Below, piece after piece: positions 44,643 to 52,615 of a DNA stretch of 64,000 nucleotides (position 1 is its first letter; each line of letters opens with the position of its first letter). The DNA comes from Candidatus Omnitrophota bacterium (GTDB lineage: Bacteria; Omnitrophota; Gorgyraeia; Duberdicusellales; 4484-171). The notes under the pieces are model-generated. The model did not search any database. It was not told where the DNA came from and was given only the letters and a program-made list of their open reading frames with translations. Both the position numbers and the translations under genes were made by a program. The stretch covers positions 36,015 to 100,014 of the forward strand of contig JBDRDJ010000031.1 of the NCBI GenBank assembly GCA_043820815.1, given 5' to 3'.

Positions 44643-45754
44643 ATCTTCGCTCTCCTTACTGCTTCGCATACCGTTATGCATACTCTCTCAATCTGTTCCT
44701 CAGTCATCCCGATAAAAAAAGGAATGATAAAACCGCTCTTTGATACTTTCTCGGTTACAGGAAGCTCGCCGCCGCGGTAGCCGAACAAATTTCTGTAAAT
44801 TGGCTGAAGATGAATAGGGGGGTCAAAATACCCTCTTGAACTTATTCCCTGTTCATTTAAATATCCGATTATCTTATTTCTGTTGTAGCCTTCTTCTGCC
44901 CTCAGGTAATACACCCACCATGACCTTTTTACACGGGGGTCTGTGTATGGGACAACCAACCCTTTAACATCTTTGAATCTGTTTGTATATTTATCGGCTA
45001 GCTCTTTGCGCAGCTTAAGGATGGTATTTATTTTCTTTAGCTGTTCTATTCCTACGGCGCAGCTCATCTCATCGAGACGGTAATTATGGCCTAAGCGCAC
45101 ATGATTTAGCCACTCGCCGCAGTCGTCTCTGCCCTGGTTGCGCAGGCTTCTTAAAACTTTGGCCATCTCATCACAATCGGTAACAATCATTCCCCCTTCT
45201 CCGGTAGTAATTTGCTTATTGGGGTAAAAACCAAATACTGCTGCCTTGCCAAACTTACCGGCCATCCTGCCGTTAAATTGGGCGCCGGGAGCCTCGCAGG
45301 CATCTTCTATAATTGCCGCCTCTGGTGCGGCTTCAATTAAAGCTTCTACATCAAGAGGCTGGCCGAAAATATGAACCGCCATTATAGCTTTTGTCTTTTT
45401 GTTCACAGCCTGCTTAACTTTTGAAATATCCATATTGTAAGTTTTCTCATCTATGTCAATAAAAACCGGCTTTGCATTCTCAAGAACAACAGGGTTTGAA
45501 GACGCTACAAAAGAAAAAGAAGTTGTTATAACCTCATCGCCCTTCTTTAAATTCAAAGCCTTTATACAAATCTCTAACCCGCTTGTTCCTGAATTTACAG
45601 CAACAGCATGTTTTGTGCCGATAAACTCCCGGAAATTTTTCTCAAACTCATCAAGTTTAGGCCCTAAACTTAAGAACCCTGAGCGGACAACGCCGGCAGC
45701 TGCCATTGCTTCTTCTTCTCCGACAAACGGTTTTGCAAGGGGCACTTTATCCAT
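44639..45754 (-). CDS. DegT/PglE/LegC-type PLP sugar aminotransferase
   Basis: 371 aa with LAKPFVGEEE..., FYPNKQITTGEGG (PLP Lys). Confidence 0.85.
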   Translation of the reverse strand: MDKVPLAKPFVGEEEAMAAAGVVRSGFLSLGPKLDEFEKNFREFIGTKHAVAVNSGTSGLEICIKALNLKKGDEVITTSFSFVASSNPVVLENAKPVFIDIDEKTYNMDISKVKQAVNKKTKAIMAVHIFGQPLDVEALIEAAPEAAIIEDACEAPGAQFNGRMAGKFGKAAVFGFYPNKQITTGEGGMIVTDCDEMAKVLRSLRNQGRDDCGEWLNHVRLGHNYRLDEMSCAVGIEQLKKINTILKLRKELADKYTNRFKDVKGLVVPYTDPRVKRSWWVYYLRAEEGYNRNKIIGYLNEQGISSRGYFDPPIHLQPIYRNLFGYRGGELPVTEKVSKSGFIIPFFIGMTEEQIERVCITVCEAVRRAKI

Positions 45755-46385
45755 TGTTTTTCCTTATAATTCTCGCCGGGACTCCGGCAACTACCATTTT
45801 ATCAGGCACATCTTTCAAAATTACCGCACCCGCGCCCACGATAACATCACTGCCCACAGATATATTTTCCACTGTGCATGAATTTATGCCGAAAAAAGTG
45901 TTATTACCGGCTTTTGTATGGCCCGCCAGAGAAACACCCGGGGAGAGATATACGTTGTTGCCGATTTTCGCGTCGTGTTCTATTATAACGCCGGAAAAGA
46001 GGAAAACATTATCACTTAGCCGGGCAAAGGCACCAACAACACAATTAGGTAATATAATTGCACCTTTTGAAATTTCTGCCGTTTTATCAATTACAGCGCT
46101 CTTATGAATAATATTTACCGGTTTAAGGCCGGCTTTTTTTGCTTTCTCAAAAAGACTCCTTCGCGCTTTGATGTTTAAACCTATAGCAACAACAAAACCA
46201 TAGCCAGAGAACTTATTCAGGTCAGATGTGCGGCCGAGAACCCTGTATCCGTTGATTTTCTTCCCCTGCAGGGATTTATTGTCATCGATAAACCCTTCGA
46301 GTTTTAAACCCTTCTGGCCTTTAACCAGCTGGGATACGACTCTTGCCCCGTCTCCTGCGCCTATTATCACTAATTTCTTCATCAA
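45747..46385 (-). CDS. NeuD/PglD/LegH-family hexapeptide N-acetyltransferase
   Basis: 212 aa. An N-terminal Rossmann-like segment KKLVIIGAGDGARVV is followed by a left-handed beta-helix repeat region. Confidence 0.8.
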   Translation of the reverse strand: MMKKLVIIGAGDGARVVSQLVKGQKGLKLEGFIDDNKSLQGKKINGYRVLGRTSDLNKFSGYGFVVAIGLNIKARRSLFEKAKKAGLKPVNIIHKSAVIDKTAEISKGAIILPNCVVGAFARLSDNVFLFSGVIIEHDAKIGNNVYLSPGVSLAGHTKAGNNTFFGINSCTVENISVGSDVIVGAGAVILKDVPDKMVVAGVPARIIRKNNG

Positions 46386-47548
46386 TAAGCTATCCTCTTT
46401 TGCAAAAGGTTAAAAGTTATTTCGAGGGTTGAAAGAATTTCCGCAACCCTTACGCCGGCATTTGCGTCATTAAAAGGGTCATATGGTTTTTCACATGTAT
46501 TTACTACATTTCTGAACTCTTTATCGTTTAGAGCCTTATCAAGGGCTTTTAGAATTTCATCTTTATTATAATCTGCCTCCAAAATACTCTCTGCTTTCTC
46601 CCTGCCCGACTGCCTGGTTCCCACAAGCACATAGGGAGTTCGACAGCTAGGCGCCTCTATCACGCCGCTGCTTGAGTTTCCCGCCATAACTGCGGTCTGT
46701 TTCATTGTGCTTAGATAAACCTCGTGGGGTAAAGATTTAAACAGCTTTATAGTGTTTTTCATTCCGGACTCAATGATTCTTGATTCAATGACACCCATCA
46801 TTTTCGAAAACCCCGCGTCTGAATTTGCATAAATACAGGCTGTTTGCTGTTTGAATTCTATAAGAGACTCTATAAAATGCCTTGTATTATTTTGTGCCTG
46901 ATCAAATTCAGTTGTTACAGGGTGCAGCACAGCAAGGATAATTGGTTTATCTTCATCGAAACCAAAGTAAGATGCAACTTCCTCTCTGGACATTGTGCCC
47001 TTTTTCTTAACTGAGTCCACCCCGGGAGCACCGACAAGGTATACATCTTTTTCTTTTTCACCGAGCTTAATCAGCCTTTGCCTGCTCTTTTTTGTGGCAG
47101 CAAAGTGTATGTGAGAGAATTTGCTTATAGCATGCCTTATGCTTTCATCGATTGTGCCGGAAACCTCGCCTCCGTGAAGGTGGGCTACCGCGATATTCAT
47201 ATGCGCCGCTGCAAGTGCCGCGGCTAACTGCTCGCCCCTGTCTCCTAAGACAAGGACAACCTCGGGCCTAAGATCAGCAAGAACATCGGCTATGCCGATT
47301 ACGGCAACGCCGGTATTTTTTGTCATACCTAGAAGCGAATCGCCGTTGACGAGCATGGGAACTTTAGCAAATATTTTCCTTTTATCTTTCTCTATCTCAG
47401 AAACCGTATAGCCGAACTTTTCCGATAGATGCATACCAGTAACTATCAATTCATATTCGATACCGCTTAGTGAATCAATTGCGTCTAAAACTGATGAATA
47501 AACGCTGTAATCGCCTCTTGAACCGGTAATAACCGCTATTTTTCTCAT
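46382..47548 (-). CDS. neuC: Hydrolysing UDP-sugar 2-epimerase (NeuC/LegG type)
   Basis: 388 aa with MRKIAVITGSRGDY...LGDRGEQLAAALAAAHMNIAVAHLHGGE. Confidence 0.85.
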   Translation of the reverse strand: MRKIAVITGSRGDYSVYSSVLDAIDSLSGIEYELIVTGMHLSEKFGYTVSEIEKDKRKIFAKVPMLVNGDSLLGMTKNTGVAVIGIADVLADLRPEVVLVLGDRGEQLAAALAAAHMNIAVAHLHGGEVSGTIDESIRHAISKFSHIHFAATKKSRQRLIKLGEKEKDVYLVGAPGVDSVKKKGTMSREEVASYFGFDEDKPIILAVLHPVTTEFDQAQNNTRHFIESLIEFKQQTACIYANSDAGFSKMMGVIESRIIESGMKNTIKLFKSLPHEVYLSTMKQTAVMAGNSSSGVIEAPSCRTPYVLVGTRQSGREKAESILEADYNKDEILKALDKALNDKEFRNVVNTCEKPYDPFNDANAGVRVAEILSTLEITFNLLQKRIAY

Positions 47549-48684
47549 TCAATCACATCCCACGTAAGATGGTTTCCCTCTTTTATTAAACATTTTGCTT
47601 TCTTCCCGATAACTTTCTCATAATCATAAGGAGAAATCCCTGCCTCGGGCCTTTTAACCCCTGTATTATTACTGTTAAAAACCTCTCCTTTTTTTATGTC
47701 GCGGCTGGCAACAACACTTTTCCTTGCCCACAGGCGCTGGCTGGCCTCCTCTTCAGATATTGTGCGCCGGGGATTACCTAAAATAACCTTAATTTCTTGA
47801 CTGGCAACAGGAACTCCTGCCCGGTTAAGAGCGTTTAATAAATCATGCTCCCCTACAGGCTTCTTTTCTACAATGCGGACCAGCCGGATGAGCTCTTTCA
47901 TTTGAGCCTTATCCATAGACATGCTGTGGTCAGAGCCAGGGAGATTTTTATCGATTGTAAAATGCTTCTCTATCATTGGCGCTCCCAGCGCAGCAGCAGC
48001 GGCACTGACTGTTATTCCTTCTGTGTGGTCGGAATTTCCGCAAAAAATATTGAATTTGCCCTCAAGATACTTCATGCGCCGCAAATGAGAATTTTCTAAT
48101 TTTGAAGGGTATCCTGTTGAGCAATTCATTAAAACTATCTGGCAATTGCCTTCTTTTCTGAAAGAATTAACGCAAGCACTTATTTCCTCTTCATCAGCCA
48201 TTCCAGTTGAAAAAATGCAGGGTTTATTCTTTAAGGCAATATGCCTTATGAAAGGTATATTTGTTATTTCGCCTGAACCAAGCTTAAAAATATTTACCCC
48301 CATGCTCTCAATTAAATCCGCGCTCTCTTGGTCGAAAACAGAGTAAAAAATCGCGATTTTTACTCTGTTTGCGTGTTCGATAAGCGCCCTGTGATCTTTT
48401 TCTGTAAGTTCCAGGCTTTTAAGCATTTCCAGCTGGCTGGCACCTTTGCTTTTATTCCTTTGGTACTCGGCTTTAACGGCTTTTTTTGTAACAAGTTTAT
48501 CCGCTTTAAAGGCCTGAAATTTTACTGCGTCACATCCGCATTCTTTTGCTGCCTCAATCAACTTCTTTCCAAGCTGTAAATCTCCGTTATGGTTGCTTCC
48601 CGCTTCAGCTACAACCAGGCATTTACCGGCAGTGCCTATGGAAAAACCCAATTTGCCAGGGATTGTGATAATTTTATTGTTCAT
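47545..48684 (-). CDS. neuB: Nonulosonic acid synthase (NeuB/LegI type) with a C-terminal SAF domain
   Basis: 379 aa with VVAEAGSNHNGDLQLGKKLIEAAKECGCDAVKFQAF and a C-terminal SAF-like segment RDIKKGEVFNSNNTGVKRP. Confidence 0.85.
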   Translation of the reverse strand: MNNKIITIPGKLGFSIGTAGKCLVVAEAGSNHNGDLQLGKKLIEAAKECGCDAVKFQAFKADKLVTKKAVKAEYQRNKSKGASQLEMLKSLELTEKDHRALIEHANRVKIAIFYSVFDQESADLIESMGVNIFKLGSGEITNIPFIRHIALKNKPCIFSTGMADEEEISACVNSFRKEGNCQIVLMNCSTGYPSKLENSHLRRMKYLEGKFNIFCGNSDHTEGITVSAAAAALGAPMIEKHFTIDKNLPGSDHSMSMDKAQMKELIRLVRIVEKKPVGEHDLLNALNRAGVPVASQEIKVILGNPRRTISEEEASQRLWARKSVVASRDIKKGEVFNSNNTGVKRPEAGISPYDYEKVIGKKAKCLIKEGNHLTWDVIE

Positions 48685-49747
48685 TAGAAATTGATTTGCA
48701 GTAAGCCTCTATAACTCTTATTAGGCCGTCTTTTAAATCTGTCTTGTGGTGCCAGCCGAGGCTTTGAATTTTCGAAACATCGAGAAGCTTCCGGGGGGTG
48801 CCGTCAGGTTTTGATTTGTCAAAAACTATACTTCCCTTAAACCCTATAATATCTTTTACAATTACCGCTATGTCTTTGATTTTTGTATCTATACCCTGTC
48901 CAATGTTTACGAGCTCTCCGGTATCAGAATAATTGTATTTTCCCATTAGAAAAAAACAGGCATCGGCAAGGTCGTCAGAGTAGAGAAATTCCCTGTAGGG
49001 CTCACCTGTCCCCCAGAGCTCAACTGATTCTCCGGTTATTCCGATATTTTTAAGGGCATGCCTTATTTCTTGCTCATCTTCGATGTCCAGCTTCTTCTCC
49101 AGCCCAAAGCCCAAAGGCCTCTTATGTAAATCTTCTCTGATTAAATCTTCCCTTTTATCGCTTAGAAGTTTAGCAAGGTAAAATTTCCGGATAAGTGAAG
49201 GCAGGACATGGGCGGTTTCTAAGTTAAAATTATCGTTTATTCCGAATAAATTTGTCGGCATAACCGATATAAAATTAGTTCCATACTGCTCATTATAATA
49301 CCGGCACAGTTTTATCGCAGAAATCTTGGCAACCGCATAAGGCTCATTGGTCGGTTCAAGGCTGCCGGTTAAAAGATGCTCTTCTTTTATGGGCTGAGGG
49401 GCTTCTCTTGGATAAATACAGGAAGAACCGAGGTTAAGAAGCTTTTTTACGCCGTATTTGTATGATGCGTTTATCACATTTGCCGCAATCATAATATTGT
49501 CATATATAAACTCCCCTTTGTAAGTGCTGTTTGCAAGGATACCGCCTACTTTAGCCGCGGCGAGAAATACGTATTCGGGCCTTTCGTTCTTAAAAAAACT
49601 TTCGGCCTCAACCTGGCGCCTTAAGTCCAGTTGGGATATTTCTTTCGTTACAATGCTCGAATAACCCCTGGAATGAAGGCTTCTTAAGAAAGAAGAACCG
49701 ACTAACCCCGTATGCCCTGCAATGTAAATCTTTGAGTTTTTTTCCAT
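48674..49747 (-). CDS. fcl: GDP-L-fucose synthase (GDP-4-keto-6-deoxymannose 3,5-epimerase/4-reductase)
   Basis: 357 aa with KIYIAGHTGLVGSSFLRSL, SSCIYP and YAVAKIS. It carries an insertion of ~40 aa relative to typical Fcl proteins. Confidence 0.8.
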   Translation of the reverse strand: MEKNSKIYIAGHTGLVGSSFLRSLHSRGYSSIVTKEISQLDLRRQVEAESFFKNERPEYVFLAAAKVGGILANSTYKGEFIYDNIMIAANVINASYKYGVKKLLNLGSSCIYPREAPQPIKEEHLLTGSLEPTNEPYAVAKISAIKLCRYYNEQYGTNFISVMPTNLFGINDNFNLETAHVLPSLIRKFYLAKLLSDKREDLIREDLHKRPLGFGLEKKLDIEDEQEIRHALKNIGITGESVELWGTGEPYREFLYSDDLADACFFLMGKYNYSDTGELVNIGQGIDTKIKDIAVIVKDIIGFKGSIVFDKSKPDGTPRKLLDVSKIQSLGWHHKTDLKDGLIRVIEAYCKSISNEQ

Positions 49748-49764
49748 AAATAATTATTAATGGC

Positions 49765-50175
49765 TTATTTATTCAGGCTAAAACTTTCCTCATCCACCAG
49801 GCTTTTTTGCGCCCCTTCTTCATCAATGAACAACTCGTTCTTTAACTTTTCCCATTCCTGCTTTAAGTTATTGTATTCGTTTTCTTTTCTTTTTAAAAAA
49901 TGATAAGTCAGGCGTATTTTTTCTTGTGCCCCTTTGGGAGTTAGAATATAACTTATCTTGTGCAGTTTGCCCGGATTAAAAGAGAAATTTTTTACCTTAA
50001 CCATACCCTTTCTGCTCAATTGTTTGATAAGGTAATTGGTTTTGCCAAGGGAAACATTGAGCCTGAGGGATAACTCTCTTTGTGTTAGATGTGGGTATTT
50101 GTGGATTTCGGAAAGCAAAAAGAAAGCGTCTTCTTTTTCGCGGGGGTCTCTTTGGTTATTTTCATGTTCATTCAT
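49765..50175 (-). CDS. Winged-helix MarR-family regulator of the EPS-associated subtype
   Basis: 136 aa with HLTQRELSLRLNVSLGKTNYLIKQLSRKGMVKVKNF (HTH plus wing) and a C-terminal coiled-coil-like tail. Confidence 0.65.
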   Translation of the reverse strand: MNEHENNQRDPREKEDAFFLLSEIHKYPHLTQRELSLRLNVSLGKTNYLIKQLSRKGMVKVKNFSFNPGKLHKISYILTPKGAQEKIRLTYHFLKRKENEYNNLKQEWEKLKNELFIDEEGAQKSLVDEESFSLNK

Positions 50176-50184
50176 TGAACAACT

Positions 50185-50212
50185 ATTATATTCCTGTATC
50201 TTCCTATGTCAA
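50185..50212 (-). promoter_or_regulatory. Consensus sigma70-type promoter (TTGACA-N16-TATAAT) ending 9 nt upstream of the regulator ATG, which implies a leaderless or near-leaderless mRNA
   Basis: Minus strand reads cTATTGACAtaggaagatacaggaaTATAATagttgttcaATG. No SD is present. Confidence 0.6.
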
Positions 50213-50229
50213 TAGATTAATTGGTACAT

Positions 50230-50260
50230 TTAATATTATATAACTACCTGTTGTCAATAG
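50230..50260 (-). promoter_or_regulatory. Second CTATTGACA box, with a TATAAT at a non-optimal 11-nt spacing and a TATTAA at 16-nt spacing
   Basis: Minus strand reads tcCTATTGACAacaggtagttaTATAATATTAAatg. The same 9-mer is found at 50207-50215. Confidence 0.35.
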
Positions 50261-50306
50261 GAATATGCATAGGGTATAAATTAAGAAGGTAAAGATCGGG
50301 GCAAGC

Positions 50307-51254
50307 TTAGATTAACTGATGCGGGTTTATTTTTCCCCTAAAATAGTCAATGGTCTTTTTAAGTCCGTCTTCTAACTTAAATTTTGGCTGCCAGCTAAGC
50401 TGCTTAATTGCCTTTGTAATATCAGGGCATCTCATTTTCGGGTCATCCTGGGGTAAAGGAGAAAATTGTATTTTTGAGCTTGATTTTGCCATCTCAATAA
50501 CTAACTCTGCGAGGTTTATCATTGTAAATTCTGAAGGATTGCCTAAATTTAAAGGTTTAGAATAATCTATCTTCATCATCGTCATAATACCCTGGACTAA
50601 ATCATCTATATAACAGAAAGAACGTGTTTGGCTGCCGTCTCCGTAAACTGTCAGGGCTTGCGAGCGTAAAGCCTGAATTATAAAATTCGAAACGACTCTG
50701 CCGTCATCAATCTGCATATTAGGCCCGTATGTATTAAAAATTCTCACAACTCTTATATCTAAGTTATGCTTTCGCATATATGCATAGGTTAAAGCCTCAG
50801 CCCCTCTTTTTGACTCATCGTAACAACTACGCACTCCCGTTGAACTTACATTACCCCAGTACTCTTCTATTTGAGGATGAACATGAGGGTCTCCGTAAAC
50901 TTCGGAAGTTGAGGCAAGAAGAAATTTTGCCCCTTTTGCCATTGCAATGCCGAGACAATTATGAGTGCCTAAAAGGCCTGATTTAAGAGTTTTGATAGGG
51001 TAAGTTAGGTAGTATTTGGGTGAAGCTAAAGAGGCAAAATGCAAAACCCAGTCAATATCTTCGGTTACATAAAGGGGCTGGGATATATCATGCTCAACTA
51101 ATTTAAATTTCGGGCTGCCGATAAGTTCTGAAATATTGTCACGGGATCCGGTAATAAAATTATCAACACATGTAACTGTTGCCCCTGTCTTTATGAATTT
51201 TTTACAAAGATGCGAACCTATAAATCCGGCTCCTCCTGTTAATAATATCCTCAT
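50307..51254 (-). CDS. uxs: UDP-glucuronate decarboxylase (UDP-xylose synthase)
   Basis: 315 aa with MRILLTGGAGFIGSHLC, STSEVYGDP, CYDESKRGAE, RIFNTYGP and DGSQTRSFCY. Confidence 0.9.
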   Translation of the reverse strand: MRILLTGGAGFIGSHLCKKFIKTGATVTCVDNFITGSRDNISELIGSPKFKLVEHDISQPLYVTEDIDWVLHFASLASPKYYLTYPIKTLKSGLLGTHNCLGIAMAKGAKFLLASTSEVYGDPHVHPQIEEYWGNVSSTGVRSCYDESKRGAEALTYAYMRKHNLDIRVVRIFNTYGPNMQIDDGRVVSNFIIQALRSQALTVYGDGSQTRSFCYIDDLVQGIMTMMKIDYSKPLNLGNPSEFTMINLAELVIEMAKSSSKIQFSPLPQDDPKMRCPDITKAIKQLSWQPKFKLEDGLKKTIDYFRGKINPHQLI

Positions 51255-51270
51255 TTCTTTCCTTTTTTAA

Positions 51271-51609
51271 TTAAGAGCGGCCGAAATCATCATCGATCCT
51301 TTCTATATCGTCTTCCTCAAGATAGCTGCCGCATTGAACTTCAACTATCTTTAAAATAATATCATCGAGATTTTCAAGCCTATGGATGCCCTCAATCGGG
51401 ATATAAATACTCTCGTTCTCGCCGAGGTAATGTTCATTTTTTTCATGGGTAACTTTAGCTCTGCCTTCTACAACAACCCAATGTTCGCTTCTTTTATTGT
51501 GCTTTTGCAGACTAAGTTTTTTATGGGGCATAACCTCAACTAACTTAACTTTAAAGCCTGCCCCCTCACTTAAAACAGTATAACTTCCCCATGGCCTATT
51601 TATTTTCAT
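51271..51609 (-). CDS. Stand-alone cupin homologous to the type II phosphomannose isomerase C-terminal domain of ManC
   Basis: 112 aa with RPWGSYTVL...KLSLQKHNKRSEHWVVVEG...IHRLEN...VEVQCGSYLEEDDIERIDDDFGR. Confidence 0.75.
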   Translation of the reverse strand: MKINRPWGSYTVLSEGAGFKVKLVEVMPHKKLSLQKHNKRSEHWVVVEGRAKVTHEKNEHYLGENESIYIPIEGIHRLENLDDIILKIVEVQCGSYLEEDDIERIDDDFGRS

Positions 51610-51627
51610 AACTTAATATTATAAATG

Positions 51628-52605
51628 TTACGGGCTGACACAGGGGCCGGCCCCTACATATTTAGCAGTGAACCACTCTACGGTTTTTCTTAAGCCTTCT
51701 TTAAAATCAATTTCTGGCTTCCAATCTAATTTTTCCTGTATCTTGTTTATGTCTGCATGGGTTTTTTTAACATCGCCCTGCCGGGGAGGTAAATATTCGG
51801 CTTTGATTTCTTTTTTAAAAATGATGTTTAACTCATCTAAAAGGCCATTCACAGACTGAGGAAAACCGTTTGCAACATTATAAACACCCGGCTCAATAAC
51901 GTCTCTTGATAACGCTGCGATATTTGCATTAACAACATTCTCAACATATGTAAAATCCCGCTCCTGGAGGCCGTCGCCGTATATCGGGGGCTGCTGGCCT
52001 TTAATGAGGCAAACGATAAATTTAGGGACAACCACGGCATATTCATCTTCCAGAGACTGCCGCGGCCCGAATACATTAAAATATCTTAGAGAAATAACAT
52101 TAACTTTATATTGCTCGGAGAAAATATAGCCGTAATGCTCCCCGAACAGCTTAGTAGCCGCGTAAGGAGAAATAGGGCAAGGCAAATCACCTTCTTTCTC
52201 GGGAAAATCAGTTCTATCTCCATACACCGAACTGCTCGACGCGAAAACAATGCGCTTTATTCCTTTTTCTTTTGCTTTTAGATATAAGTTTAATGTACCT
52301 GTTACATTTACATCGTGATAATCTAAGGGCCTGTTTATTGATTTTGGCACGCTTCGAAGTGCTGCCTGATGGCATATTAAATTTACGCCTTTAAGAATAT
52401 TATCAAGCAATCCAACATTTTTTATATCGCCTTCGATAAACTCTAAACTATCGCGGCAATGAGCGATATTGTCAAGGGTTCCGCTTGATAAATCATCAAG
52501 AATGCTGACTTTAGCTTTTAGCTTAATCAATTCATCAACAATATGCGAACCAATAAAACCGCAGCCGCCTGTTACTAAAACTCTTTTTCCTTCTAAACTA
52601 CCCAT
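51628..52605 (-). CDS. UDP-HexNAc(A) 4-epimerase (WbpP/TviC/CapD-like extended SDR)
   Basis: 325 aa with VLVTGGCGFIGSHI, SSSSVYG and YAATKLFGE. The last 9 codons (VGAGPCVSP) are encoded by a REP-like element. Confidence 0.8.
   Translation of the reverse strand: MGSLEGKRVLVTGGCGFIGSHIVDELIKLKAKVSILDDLSSGTLDNIAHCRDSLEFIEGDIKNVGLLDNILKGVNLICHQAALRSVPKSINRPLDYHDVNVTGTLNLYLKAKEKGIKRIVFASSSSVYGDRTDFPEKEGDLPCPISPYAATKLFGEHYGYIFSEQYKVNVISLRYFNVFGPRQSLEDEYAVVVPKFIVCLIKGQQPPIYGDGLQERDFTYVENVVNANIAALSRDVIEPGVYNVANGFPQSVNGLLDELNIIFKKEIKAEYLPPRQGDVKKTHADINKIQEKLDWKPEIDFKEGLRKTVEWFTAKYVGAGPCVSP
51632..51663 (-). repeat. REP-like element copy 3 (degenerate stem), lying inside the 3' end of the epimerase ORF
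   Basis: Minus strand reads AAATATGTAGGGGCCGGCCCCTGTGTCAGCCC followed by gTAA. Confidence 0.7.
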
Positions 52606-52615
52606 GTTCTACTCC

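Noticed and set aside
45453-46107. Plus-strand ORFs of 142 and 133 aa (45453-45881, 45706-46107)
   Set aside because: They are antisense shadows of the strongly supported aminotransferase and acetyltransferase genes. Their low-complexity S/P/T/F-rich translations show no motifs. The same reasoning applies to all other plus-strand ORFs in the track, for example 18219-18608, 22015-22389, 26502-26873 and 61755-62126.
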